Positions 1 to 9,682 of a DNA stretch of 64,000 bases are shown one piece after another (position 1 is the stretch's first letter; the number at the start of each line of letters is the position of its first letter). Made by a program: the position numbers and the translations under genes. Under the pieces are notes generated by a model. The model was given only the letters and a program-made list of their open reading frames with translations. It had not been told where the DNA came from and searched no databases. The stretch comes from a virus (Duplodnaviria > Heunggongvirae > Uroviricota > Caudoviricetes): IMG/VR virus record IMGVR_UViG_3300015214_000024, positions 361,787-425,786 of that record, one strand, 5' to 3'.

Positions 1-16
1 TTTATTTCAAATAGAA

Positions 17-48
17 TGTGGTCAGGTCTCCCCCAAGACCTGACCACA
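17..48 (-). terminator. Stem-loop after uvsX
   Basis: Perfect 13-bp stem TGTGGTCAGGTCT/AGACCTGACCACA with 6-nt loop just past the uvsX stop; T-rich tail on the minus strand. Confidence 0.75.
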
Positions 49-54
49 ATGTCT

Positions 55-1146
55 TCACTCTTCAGTGTCTTCTTCAGCAGTTTGATTCATAGAAGTTTCA
101 AGCTTTTCAGCAAATGCCTTATCTTCGCGGCTAATTGAGTATGGATTTTCATCCATAATCTGCTGTAGATGGTCATCTTTCCACTGCTTCTTAAACAGCT
201 TAATCTCTGTACCATCTTTGGCAGTATATTTCAATTTATTACCGTCTTTAACAAGCAAGCCATCCATTTCAAAAAGTTCCAAAAGCCCGCTATATGGATC
301 AAGACCAGTTGACCACGGAATTTCAATTGTTGTTTTTTCAAATGGTTTGTTGTATCGAGTCTTGTAACTCATACAAGTGGTTTTGATACCGTGAACACCA
401 GTTGCTGTTGCTACCTGATCCTCATCGGATACTTCTTTCAATTTAAACTTACGCATAGCAATAACAATTGAGCTTGCATAAACGATACCATCACCACCAG
501 TAATTTTAGCATCTGGATTAAACATATCCTGTGATGCATACGTGTGGTTAGTCATCAAGAAACCAATATCTTTCTGTTCGCACAGATAGATGCAGTTCTT
601 AATAAAACGCTTCAATTGCTTTGCTAACTGACCTTGGTCACCTTTGGAATCACCCTTAAGGAAGTTTTCCTGGCCACTTTCAGTTTCTAACATACCAACA
701 GAGTCAAGTACAATTAGAACTGGTTGATCTGCGCCAGATTCTTTGAGTGCGCTGATAAATTCAGCAACCATTTCAGTACAAGTAGACACAGTAAACACTG
801 GAATACGCATAAAATTGTTTTCAGTATCCACTCCTGCATTTTTCAACCAAGCTTCGTCACCTGCACCTTCTGAGTCAAGCAATACTACGAAAGCATTGTG
901 ATCATTTTGTGCATTTCTCATAACTTGAGCTGCAATGAGTGATTTACCAGATCCAGATTCACCGGCCAACATATTAACCTTTGAAAGAGGGAAGCCTCTG
1001 TTGTAATCGCCTGATATTAAACGGTTAAGGGCATAGTTACCTGTGCTGATCCAAATTCGAGGATCACTAAATCCAACAGGAATGTCTAATTTTTCAGTAA
1101 GCTTCCTGCGGAATTTTGTTGGGTCAAAAGTTTTTGTTACAGTCAT
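55..1146 (-). CDS. uvsX: UvsX RecA-like recombinase
   Basis: STGNYALN, Walker A GESGSGKS, Walker B IVLDS, TNHTY, GG..YASS; next to gp32. Confidence 0.93.
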   Translation of the reverse strand: MTVTKTFDPTKFRRKLTEKLDIPVGFSDPRIWISTGNYALNRLISGDYNRGFPLSKVNMLAGESGSGKSLIAAQVMRNAQNDHNAFVVLLDSEGAGDEAWLKNAGVDTENNFMRIPVFTVSTCTEMVAEFISALKESGADQPVLIVLDSVGMLETESGQENFLKGDSKGDQGQLAKQLKRFIKNCIYLCEQKDIGFLMTNHTYASQDMFNPDAKITGGDGIVYASSIVIAMRKFKLKEVSDEDQVATATGVHGIKTTCMSYKTRYNKPFEKTTIEIPWSTGLDPYSGLLELFEMDGLLVKDGNKLKYTAKDGTEIKLFKKQWKDDHLQQIMDENPYSISREDKAFAEKLETSMNQTAEEDTEE

Positions 1147-1180
1147 TATAATACACTCTCCAATAGAAATATTTGTCTAG

Positions 1181-1206
1181 TTTGGTGGCAGGCAACTGCC
1201 ACCAAA
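1181..1206 (-). terminator. Intergenic hairpin between gp32 and uvsX (terminator or mRNA stabiliser)
   Basis: Perfect 11-bp stem TTTGGTGGCAG/CTGCCACCAAA, 4-nt loop; weak U-tail. Confidence 0.55.
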
Positions 1207-1215
1207 TCGTTTTGC

Positions 1216-2214
1216 TTAGTTACCAGCTCTACGAGCAGCAATTTCAGCCAACATTTCTTGTGGAGTTTTCTTTTTACCTGACTCAACAGTGGAAGCAGTC
1301 GTTGAAGCTGGTGCTGATACCGTTTCCTCAACAGCAGGTGTACCAGTATCAAACGGTGGTGTATCATCATCTGTTCCAGCAGTATCAGCTGGCTTTGTGA
1401 AACCAGATGATTGTGTAGCTGAATCGTCAGTCTTTAAACCAAACGGCTTATAGAACTTTGCCCAGCGGTCTGGATCATACTGCTCACCATCAACTGATGC
1501 TTGGAACATTTCTGCAATAGCATTGAGAGTGTCAGCATCTGGCTTCTTTGGCAAGAAATCATTAAGATTGAACAAACCGTGTGTTTCAATTGCTTTGAGC
1601 TCTTCTTCAGTCAACGGGCTTGTTTTACGTGAATATGATGACGCACTGTAATCAGCATATTGGCCCTTCTTACCCTTTACAATTCGGAAATCAGTACCGT
1701 GGCTGTAGTCTGTTGGAATTTCTTCCATATCCGGATCCAAAATACCATTATGAATTGTAGTATAAAGTGTCTTGTTGATCACAAAACGACGGATTGGATT
1801 TTCTGGTGAATTCTGTTCCTGGATTGGGTTGACACGAACGAACCCTTGGAACAGGAATGAACGCTTCTTCCAGTAAGAACGAGCAACGTCTTCCAACTGA
1901 TTGTCCTTGAACCAAGGACGAATTTCAGTTAAAATTGGGCAGGTTTCTCCCCACATTTCCATACAAGGTACCTGGATCTCAACCGGCTTATTGCTTTGGC
2001 CTTTGATGCCAGAAAATTTGAGCTTAATCTTCTGCATTTCTCTCCAGAAATATTCATTGGAGTTATCACCATCCGGTAGGAAGCGAAGGTGTGCAGTCTC
2101 GCCTTCTGGAATGTCCCAGAATGGATAAGAGGCGCCATCATTTGAGGAAGTACGTTCTTTATTCTGATTGCTAAGAAGTTTAGCGCGAATTTCTTTTAAA
2201 CTTAATTGTGCCAT
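1216..2214 (-). CDS. gp32: T4 gp32-like single-stranded DNA-binding protein
   Basis: LRFLP, C-x6-CP, GTDF.I.K...YADY..S motifs; acidic low-complexity C-terminal part. Confidence 0.88.
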   Translation of the reverse strand: MAQLSLKEIRAKLLSNQNKERTSSNDGASYPFWDIPEGETAHLRFLPDGDNSNEYFWREMQKIKLKFSGIKGQSNKPVEIQVPCMEMWGETCPILTEIRPWFKDNQLEDVARSYWKKRSFLFQGFVRVNPIQEQNSPENPIRRFVINKTLYTTIHNGILDPDMEEIPTDYSHGTDFRIVKGKKGQYADYSASSYSRKTSPLTEEELKAIETHGLFNLNDFLPKKPDADTLNAIAEMFQASVDGEQYDPDRWAKFYKPFGLKTDDSATQSSGFTKPADTAGTDDDTPPFDTGTPAVEETVSAPASTTASTVESGKKKTPQEMLAEIAARRAGN

Positions 2215-2322
2215 TTTATTAGTTCCTTATTAGTATTATTATTAGTATAATGTTAGTTTTTGGTGAATCTCTCTTTCACTTATTGAAGTAATTCTTCAAT
2301 ACCGCGACTACTATCGCTACTT

Positions 2323-2330
2323 TATTTATA
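2323..2330 (-). promoter_or_regulatory. T4-type late promoter TATAAATA upstream of gp32
   Basis: Exact TATAAATA on the minus strand in an intergenic gap. Confidence 0.7.
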
Positions 2331-2405
2331 CATCGTGTGCGAAAAATATTTCAGTAACTAAACATTACTTTGTCAATATATGGCACCGACGTACTTTCAG
2401 TCAAT

Positions 2406-2435
2406 AAATTAATGGGCCCGAAGGCCCATTAATTT
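2406..2435 (-). terminator. Terminator hairpin with cUUCGg tetraloop
   Basis: AAATTAATGGGCC-TTCG-GGCCCATTAATTT on minus strand at the stop of the 790-aa gene. Confidence 0.8.
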
Positions 2436-4807
2436 TATGCTACGTGGTCTGATCCGATCTTTCCTTCATCCCACAAAATGTTAAATGCATCGTTGATCGC
2501 ATCACGAGCCATTGGGTCACTCATCATAAAGCTATATTTGTGACCATTTGGGTAGCTGTCAATGCCAGTTTCGATTATTTGGTCTACGTCATCAATTGAA
2601 GGGTTGAATTCTTCAATTTTCTCACCCATCTTTTCAACAATTGTCAAATATGCGTCATTCATTACTTGAATAAACATTGGATCTTCAGCCAATTCGTTTG
2701 CATACAAATTTTCACTCGATACTACGAAATCTGGTGCTTCAAAAAAATCTTCATCTTCAGTCAATTCACCAGTCAAATCCATCGAACTACCAGCCTTACC
2801 ACCAGTTAACAAGCCAATAAAGCTTCTGTCATCGATTTCAAATTCATATAGTACACGATGTACCACATCCAATTCCAATATAGCGTCTATTGCATCTCTG
2901 GCTGTAGAAGCTAGGACAATAACGGTCAAAGCATTGTCACGCTCCAATTCTGCCACCATTGGTAAGCCGCCCATATTCAGCTCGTTTCTAAATTTATCAA
3001 CTGGACGACCATCCGCCATTAAAAATAATGCTGATTCCACATCAGTCATACCTTTATGCTCGATTTCAATGCGTTCTGGTGTGAAATCTACTGAAAGTAT
3101 GAATGCTCGTTCAATGTCAGTCTCAGTAAGTGTCGATTCGTCCATTTGACCTGACTTACGATGTTCTTTTTTTGCTTCCATCCAGCCATCTTTTCCTGAT
3201 GGATCTGTTGGGCAAGGTTGGCCATTCTCGAAAGCTTCATATCCAGATTCCCAAGCATCACGAGCATATGCTTCATCAAGCTCATCGTCAAATTCTTTTA
3301 AACCATATTTTTTAAAATAATCTATTAATTCTGGCTTTAGTTTTCTAAATTCACTATATGGTTTATTATAAAAATGCTTACTAAAAACATGATCAGCTGC
3401 GTCATGAGCATAATCGAAATGTCTTATAGCGTTGTATATGCTTGATCGCATAGTTTCACCCGTTGCATCTTTATCATCCAACATTCTTTCAAATTGCGAT
3501 GTTCCTTCATCAATTTCTTTTTTTCGGGCGTTTTTGTTATGCTTACGCTGTTTAAAACGTTCCTGGCGATCCCAATCATCATCGTCAGCATCTGGATCAT
3601 ATCGGTAATCTTTACCTTCATCAAAATCTCGCATCATTCGATCATCACGCATTTGGTCATATTTGTAATCTGCATAATCAGCTTCTTGATCGGAAGCGTC
3701 TTGTGTTGCTTCATCAAACAATCGATTTGCGTCCTTAGGATTTACTACGTCCATTAAACTGTGATCTGTTCCTTTTTCGCATACATCAGTAATTACTACA
3801 CCGCCTTGGTAGCCTACTGACGGATCAGACTCTTCAATTTCATAATGAACAGTCACTTCAACATCGTCGCGATCTGGTAAGTCGATATAACTATCAAAGC
3901 TACTCCCTGATGGCTTAAATTTGGCCTCTTCTAGATCTTCTCCAATTTTAAATTTGCCGTCCTGGTCAAATTCAATGTCATTTTGATCGTCAGTTGGTGC
4001 TGGACCATAATTATCACCGTCATCATTTCCTACACCATTATCTGAAGTAGTAATTTCGCCAGTTGTGCTGCTACCGTTGCCACCTTCAGCTATTTTTCGA
4101 TATTCTTCAACAACATCTTCCTTAATATTATCAACAATCCAACTATTCATATCTTCTACAGAATCAAACGTACCAATGTGAATTGGTGCCTCGCTCTCAT
4201 CTTCAGATGGAAATTCAATCAATTCAACTTTCCCGCTACTAATATCATAACACAATGGCAAATATGAATGGTGATAGATACCTTCACTTTCATAGGTCCA
4301 ATCTGAATCATTATCTGATTCTGCTACTTGGTCTGAAACGGTAACTTCATATTCATCGTTCTTTTCGAAATTACTTGGTTCAATTACTGGAGTCTCTTCA
4401 TTCACTGGTGTATTGTATGCTTTTTGCATCCATTCATCTTGATCTTGAGCTTCAACATTGGTATTGATAATGACTGGCTTATTGATCATATCATCATAAT
4501 CAGCATAGTGGTATTTGCCAGTATCTTTAGTCAATTCAGCTGCTTCCTTTTCAGGATCGCCGGTCTTCGGAAGGATAACGTCTTCTGACACTACCTTAAG
4601 CATCATTTCTGACAAATTAACAATACGATGTTCATTCATTTTATTAGTTCCTTCACGTTTAACCTTTTCAATTGTTACGGTTTTTCTTCCTCTACGATAG
4701 GCAAATGGTAAAACTTTATTCTGATCGTGAAATAATGCCAATCTTTGACCAGTTTCTTTATCTTTTACTATCCAATCGTGCCCATCATCAAATGGTTCTT
4801 TTTCCAT
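2435..4807 (-). CDS. Very acidic 790-aa protein, probable internal head/prohead core protein
   Basis: Long D/E-rich ORF with many (L/I/V)xE sites; in a late operon; function inferred. Confidence 0.55.
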   Translation of the reverse strand: MEKEPFDDGHDWIVKDKETGQRLALFHDQNKVLPFAYRRGRKTVTIEKVKREGTNKMNEHRIVNLSEMMLKVVSEDVILPKTGDPEKEAAELTKDTGKYHYADYDDMINKPVIINTNVEAQDQDEWMQKAYNTPVNEETPVIEPSNFEKNDEYEVTVSDQVAESDNDSDWTYESEGIYHHSYLPLCYDISSGKVELIEFPSEDESEAPIHIGTFDSVEDMNSWIVDNIKEDVVEEYRKIAEGGNGSSTTGEITTSDNGVGNDDGDNYGPAPTDDQNDIEFDQDGKFKIGEDLEEAKFKPSGSSFDSYIDLPDRDDVEVTVHYEIEESDPSVGYQGGVVITDVCEKGTDHSLMDVVNPKDANRLFDEATQDASDQEADYADYKYDQMRDDRMMRDFDEGKDYRYDPDADDDDWDRQERFKQRKHNKNARKKEIDEGTSQFERMLDDKDATGETMRSSIYNAIRHFDYAHDAADHVFSKHFYNKPYSEFRKLKPELIDYFKKYGLKEFDDELDEAYARDAWESGYEAFENGQPCPTDPSGKDGWMEAKKEHRKSGQMDESTLTETDIERAFILSVDFTPERIEIEHKGMTDVESALFLMADGRPVDKFRNELNMGGLPMVAELERDNALTVIVLASTARDAIDAILELDVVHRVLYEFEIDDRSFIGLLTGGKAGSSMDLTGELTEDEDFFEAPDFVVSSENLYANELAEDPMFIQVMNDAYLTIVEKMGEKIEEFNPSIDDVDQIIETGIDSYPNGHKYSFMMSDPMARDAINDAFNILWDEGKIGSDHVA

Positions 4808-4809
4808 AA

Positions 4810-6279
4810 TTATCCCTTTGACGAAAATTTATCTAAAGCTGCATCCATTTCTGCCAAAGCATCATCATATGATATTTTATATTTAGCTGAAATTTGATGC
4901 ACTGCTTGGTCTGTCGCAACTCGATGGCCCATCCCCTGGCCAATTGTTTTCATACAATCGACCCATATATTATACATATCTTTGGCGCGCGAATCACCTT
5001 CGCTCTCATTAACAAACTGTGCTTGGCCGTAAAACTCTTGAGCTTTTATTGTTTGCATATCATCCACTAACTTCTTATTTCTTGCCAACATTCGATCTAT
5101 TGTAATTTCATTTGGATTTTTAGGAATAAGCTTATCCTTTTCTGCCAAATCAGTTACCAGTTCTTTAATCTCTTTATATGATTCAGAATTGGCAAATTCA
5201 GAACAAATGTCCTCAATTGCATCGTGAACGCTGAGCTTATGACGTTTCACGTCGAGGGATTTCATTCTCCAAGCGCGCGCAATATCGTTTCGTTCTTGAT
5301 CTTCAATAAATTCCAATACCATTGACTTAATGGGCCAGGACAAATGCTTTGACACATCATAGGCTATGCCAAGTTGTAGCATCTCATTAACTATTTGTGG
5401 TAAATTTTCTTTCGAAGCGTTATTGGCCTTTTGCAAATATTTTGAAACAATATTCTCACCATATTCTTCATCCAGTCTGTCTGATGGTACTAATGTCATC
5501 GCCCAATGCTCAAAATCAAGTGATTCCTTCAATGGCTTTGGTGCAAATCGATTAACAAAATCATTATATCGACGTTTTGATGAATAATTTTTCTTCAATT
5601 CTTCTCTTAAAGATATGTAGTGAGCTCGGATCCAAAATTTCTTTTCTGGGTCTTCTTCAGTAAGATGTTGTGATCTTAAACCTTCCATTGTTTCAACCAT
5701 CTCTAAAATTTTATTTGAGATTGAATCGCCATAAAGGCCTTCATTATTTAAATGATAAGCAATTGCTCTCGCAGCATGTAAATTTTCATGAGGGATTTTA
5801 AATCGTTCACCGTCCGAAGTTTCGACAAAAATTTGCTTGATGTTTTTAGTTCTGGCGCCGCGCTTTTCTTCATTAACAGCGGTTGAGTGGCGTATAATCA
5901 CTTTTGCGCCGCCAATTTTCTGATAGCTTGATTTAGAACTACCATAAAGATTCTCCAAAACTGGAGTGTTCGAGAAATCTTTTGGAGTCAACTTTTTACC
6001 GTATGTTCTCAATTTATATTTGTATCTATTGTTGAGTGCTATTTTACGTAATCTAGACCCATAACGGTCTTCAAAACTTTTTGCATCAACACCATCACTT
6101 AACGATACTTCAAGTGTTTGTTCAGTATCATTAATTTCAATCATGATATTGTCGTTCTTCAAAAAGAAACTTTCAGCCTCTTCTGGCTCATAAACAATAT
6201 TGCCTTCATGGTTATATATGGCCATTGGTTCACTACCAATAACCTGATATATCTCCTTGGCAAAACCTTCTTTAGACAT
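4810..6279 (-). CDS. Hypothetical protein, probable head-associated
   Basis: 489-aa ORF behind late motif AATAAATA (6306-6313); 2 nt from the next gene. Confidence 0.6.
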   Translation of the reverse strand: MSKEGFAKEIYQVIGSEPMAIYNHEGNIVYEPEEAESFFLKNDNIMIEINDTEQTLEVSLSDGVDAKSFEDRYGSRLRKIALNNRYKYKLRTYGKKLTPKDFSNTPVLENLYGSSKSSYQKIGGAKVIIRHSTAVNEEKRGARTKNIKQIFVETSDGERFKIPHENLHAARAIAYHLNNEGLYGDSISNKILEMVETMEGLRSQHLTEEDPEKKFWIRAHYISLREELKKNYSSKRRYNDFVNRFAPKPLKESLDFEHWAMTLVPSDRLDEEYGENIVSKYLQKANNASKENLPQIVNEMLQLGIAYDVSKHLSWPIKSMVLEFIEDQERNDIARAWRMKSLDVKRHKLSVHDAIEDICSEFANSESYKEIKELVTDLAEKDKLIPKNPNEITIDRMLARNKKLVDDMQTIKAQEFYGQAQFVNESEGDSRAKDMYNIWVDCMKTIGQGMGHRVATDQAVHQISAKYKISYDDALAEMDAALDKFSSKG

Positions 6280-6335
6280 AGAGCTATCCCTTATAATTCT
6301 ATGTGTATTTATTTGGTTTTAAAAGAATATGAAAA

Positions 6336-7100
6336 TTAGATTTGGTCAATGAATTGACATTCATATTCTTGGGCAAACCGATCAGGTCCTAATGATTTCA
6401 AGGCATTTTGCTTAAAACTTTCATCACGGTCTGGGTGATCATTCCATCTAATAATAAATGGATGAAATCCATTGTTACCAGATACTGCACCTTGCCAGAG
6501 TTTATAAAATAAAGTATTTTTATTGCTAGGAGTAGATGTAACAATTATCTGTGATCCAATAGATGCACACGGAATAATACTTTGCCACAGCTCTGTGGCA
6601 TTATTTTGGTCAGCAAATGCAAAATCATCAAAATATATTAAATTCAGTGACCGGCCACGAGCACTATGTGGCGAATTAGTAGTCAATACGATTAACCCGG
6701 ATCCATTTTCAAAACGAAGTTCACGCTTGTTTCTAAGATCAATTTTTGGTTTTAAAAATGTAGGGAGTTGATCAAATGCAAATAGTAGACGGTTCAAAAT
6801 TTCTTGACCGTAAGCGATATTGTTACCTATTATAGCTATTTGAAAATCCAATTTAAAGATCAAATTCCATAACATATATGCAGTTGCTATTGAGGTATTT
6901 CCCATCTGTCGGGCTGTCATCCCAATGCACATTTTGCTATTTTCATATATGTTGATTATATTTTTTTGATAATCATAAAGATTGAAATACATTGATCCTT
7001 TAACTGGATGTTGAATCTTAAAATAATTTTCAATAAAATATGTGATACTGTCGTAACATTGTATCGTTTCAATTGCTTCGTATCTAGTAATAATATTCAT
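6336..7100 (-). CDS. Terminase large subunit ATPase-only paralog with degenerate Walker motifs
   Basis: Colinear with the N-terminal half of the adjacent TerL (YFIENYxKIQHPVKG ... RFxxExxCxFI); Walker A ARQMGNTS, Walker B YFDDFAF; no nuclease domain. Confidence 0.85.
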   Translation of the reverse strand: MNIITRYEAIETIQCYDSITYFIENYFKIQHPVKGSMYFNLYDYQKNIINIYENSKMCIGMTARQMGNTSIATAYMLWNLIFKLDFQIAIIGNNIAYGQEILNRLLFAFDQLPTFLKPKIDLRNKRELRFENGSGLIVLTTNSPHSARGRSLNLIYFDDFAFADQNNATELWQSIIPCASIGSQIIVTSTPSNKNTLFYKLWQGAVSGNNGFHPFIIRWNDHPDRDESFKQNALKSLGPDRFAQEYECQFIDQI

Positions 7101-7109
7101 AAGTAATCC

Positions 7110-8672
7110 TCAAAGGATGAACGGCATTGGCTGATCGTCATTGTCGTAGTCTTCATCATCGTATCCATCGATTGAGTCACTAAGACGATCATACACTTCG
7201 TCATCATAATATTTGACTTCGTCTAACATTCTGATAGCATTGAATAGGCTCATAACCAAGTCGTCTTTACACCCAACTTCAGCTTCAAAACTTGATCCTT
7301 TTGCGACGAAGTTTTTTAATTCATAGATTAATTTTTTACTATGAATTTTTATTTTACCAGCTTCGATCATTCTTTTCATTTTTGAACAACCGTTTCTCTT
7401 AGTTTTGCCAGTAGTTTTAAATCCTCGATATTTTCGTTTTGGTTCAGATATGAATGTGCCCTTGAAATTTTCTTCACCAGTATCCTCAATAATTCTACTA
7501 ATTGCTTCACCATTGTTATTGGCTTCTACTGTATAGAAAATTTCCGGATCACTGTTCTGACCAGCATCTTTCAAAATATAATAAATTTCATCCAATATTT
7601 GTTGTAACACTCTGACCTGAACTCTGTCAACTGATTTGTCATCTGACCATTCAGCAACTTGTTCAAATTCTGGCAATTGCCAAACAGTAATTGCGGCATT
7701 GTCGCCGCCACCAATGCCAATTGATGGATCGAGCGATACCAGGAATGACTTTCCTATTTCTGGCTCTTTAAACCATCGTATAGATCCAGTAGTCAAAACT
7801 GGATCCATCCCTTTCATATTTTCCAAAACAATTTGGTCAATTAACGTATCAGATTCTGAAATAAATTCACACTTAAATTCGCGTCTAAATCTAGCGTCAC
7901 CAAGCTGTGCTCTCATTTTCGCTTCAAATTCGTCATCTCGATCTGGCGCTTCATCCCATTCCACAGTAAAGGAAGCAAACCCATTAGACCCGCGAGATCC
8001 GATTCCATTATCACACGCTCCGCGCCAAGTATTGGCGAACAAATCGTCAGCGTTGTTTGGAGTTGAAGTAATGATACAGCTACCACCAGTTGACAACGTC
8101 GGAGCGAGAGCAGTCCAAAATTCTTCAGCAATTCGACGCTCAACGAATGCAAATTCGTCCAAATAAACTAATGAAATAGCAAGACCACGGCCAGTCTTTT
8201 CAGTAGTGGCAGTAGCAATAATACGTGACCCGTTGTCAAAGGTTAAACTTTGCTTATTTTCTGTAATTGCTCCGCAACGAATAAAATCTGGCATCGCCTG
8301 ATATGCGTGATATATTCTATGCATAATTTCACTTGCACCAGAAAATTGGTGGGCAGCAATTAATATTGTTTTATCCATATTAAACATCGCATACCAAAGC
8401 AGATATGCACCAGCAATGGTAGTCTTACCGACCTGTCGAGGCAAAAGATGTATGGAAAATTGATTTTCGTGGAAAACTTTGACCATTCTTCGTTGATATG
8501 GTCTAAGTTGGAATAAAATATCACCCTTAACTGGATGCTGAATCTTTACATAATTCTCAATAAAATATGCCGGATCAGAATGGCAGCGTCTGATCTCGTT
8601 GATTTGATACTGTGTAAAAACTTCTTCTTTATGGGCTTTCTTACTTGAAACGCCTGATGCCGCATTGGACAT
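7110..8672 (-). CDS. gp17: Terminase large subunit (gp17-like)
   Basis: PRQVGKTT Walker A, YLDEFAF Walker B, ITST motif III, nuclease LDPS ... DDLVMS. Confidence 0.95.
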   Translation of the reverse strand: MSNAASGVSSKKAHKEEVFTQYQINEIRRCHSDPAYFIENYVKIQHPVKGDILFQLRPYQRRMVKVFHENQFSIHLLPRQVGKTTIAGAYLLWYAMFNMDKTILIAAHQFSGASEIMHRIYHAYQAMPDFIRCGAITENKQSLTFDNGSRIIATATTEKTGRGLAISLVYLDEFAFVERRIAEEFWTALAPTLSTGGSCIITSTPNNADDLFANTWRGACDNGIGSRGSNGFASFTVEWDEAPDRDDEFEAKMRAQLGDARFRREFKCEFISESDTLIDQIVLENMKGMDPVLTTGSIRWFKEPEIGKSFLVSLDPSIGIGGGDNAAITVWQLPEFEQVAEWSDDKSVDRVQVRVLQQILDEIYYILKDAGQNSDPEIFYTVEANNNGEAISRIIEDTGEENFKGTFISEPKRKYRGFKTTGKTKRNGCSKMKRMIEAGKIKIHSKKLIYELKNFVAKGSSFEAEVGCKDDLVMSLFNAIRMLDEVKYYDDEVYDRLSDSIDGYDDEDYDNDDQPMPFIL

Positions 8673-8702
8673 ATTATAATACCTCTCAGCATTCTTCGTC
8701 TA

Positions 8703-8710
8703 TATTTATG
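8703..8710 (-). promoter_or_regulatory. Late promoter motif (CATAAATA) upstream of TerL
   Basis: ATAAATA core 30 nt before ATG; same core recurs before structural genes at 6306, 11051, 12923, 14438, 15177, 19085, 26528, 28990, 36158. Confidence 0.65.
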
Positions 8711-8735
8711 TGGTTGTTTTCAACAAAAGATCCAT

Positions 8736-8764
8736 TTGACATTAAATAGCTATTGCAGTAATCT
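8736..8764 (+). promoter_or_regulatory. Sigma70-like promoter
   Basis: TTGACA-17nt-TAATCT; ATG at 8772 follows 7 nt later. Confidence 0.6.
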
Positions 8765-8771
8765 TGATTTT

Positions 8772-9278
8772 ATGAATTATACTGAACGATATTCTTACGG
8801 ATCTGACCGATATGGCGAAAGCCGAATTTTGACGTCATATGATCGATTTGATTTAGTCGACGAGTATCTATCATCGTTATCTAAAACCATATCACACACC
8901 CAAGCAGAATATTTTAATATGGTAATTTCTATATATGGTGAAATTTGGACCAAAAAGCGCGATCCAATCGACATCGATTCAATGAATTTAGAGCGAAATC
9001 GAACTATAGAAGACATACACAATGTATCTGATTTAACTAGGATAACCCCCATTCGCGACTTTATCTATAACGAACAAGCAAAAAATGAAGGATTTGGACT
9101 TTTACTAATGAAGGAAATTAGCCTCTACGGGCTAGTAGATTTATATCCTGAATTCTTTGGAGTTGAAGTAGGTGCGGTCGTTTCTGCAGGGACGTTGTTT
9201 TGTCAATGCAATAGTTTAATTAAAGTCAAAGGACCTGATGCTGAAACGTTTAGAAACGTTCGGAAACTTATATTATGA
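8772..9278 (+). CDS. Hypothetical protein (GPDAET C-terminal family)
   Basis: Start moved to ATG 8772 because the track's TTG start is the -35 box; ATGA overlap with next gene. Confidence 0.7.
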   Translation: MNYTERYSYGSDRYGESRILTSYDRFDLVDEYLSSLSKTISHTQAEYFNMVISIYGEIWTKKRDPIDIDSMNLERNRTIEDIHNVSDLTRITPIRDFIYNEQAKNEGFGLLLMKEISLYGLVDLYPEFFGVEVGAVVSAGTLFCQCNSLIKVKGPDAETFRNVRKLIL

Positions 9279-9682
9279 CAAACGATAAATTTGAACATTT
9301 TATATCTATTATGACTGTCTATGATGGGTTCTCAGATACTAATTATCCATCAATTAAATTATGGTCATTAGAATTGGATGAAATGCGTCAGGAAGACTTT
9401 TCCTTTAACTGTATATTCAATTCAACATCCAAGGCAATATTTTCAATTATTGAAACCGAAGATGATTTAAAACTTCACATTGAACTAATGGTAGCAAAAT
9501 ATTCAGATTTAAATGCTGAAGACTATCCTGAATACACGAAAGGCGACTTTGAGTTCCAAAGTCGCCTTGTCGGTTTTGCAATTTGTCATCAATTCAATAA
9601 TAGATTTTCATCTCTTCCAATTGTTGAATTGTCAGGTCCAGATGCGGAAACTATTGTAACTTCATTAGTATTACTTTCCTAA
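9275..9682 (+). CDS. Hypothetical protein (GPDAET C-terminal family)
   Basis: ATGA coupling; shares V.L/V.GPDAET near the C-terminus with the upstream gene. Confidence 0.7.
   Translation: MTNDKFEHFISIMTVYDGFSDTNYPSIKLWSLELDEMRQEDFSFNCIFNSTSKAIFSIIETEDDLKLHIELMVAKYSDLNAEDYPEYTKGDFEFQSRLVGFAICHQFNNRFSSLPIVELSGPDAETIVTSLVLLS

Noticed and set aside
6336-8672. Terminase split by an intron or frameshift
   Set aside because: The 520-aa gene has both domains; the 254-aa ORF repeats the N-terminal half instead of continuing it
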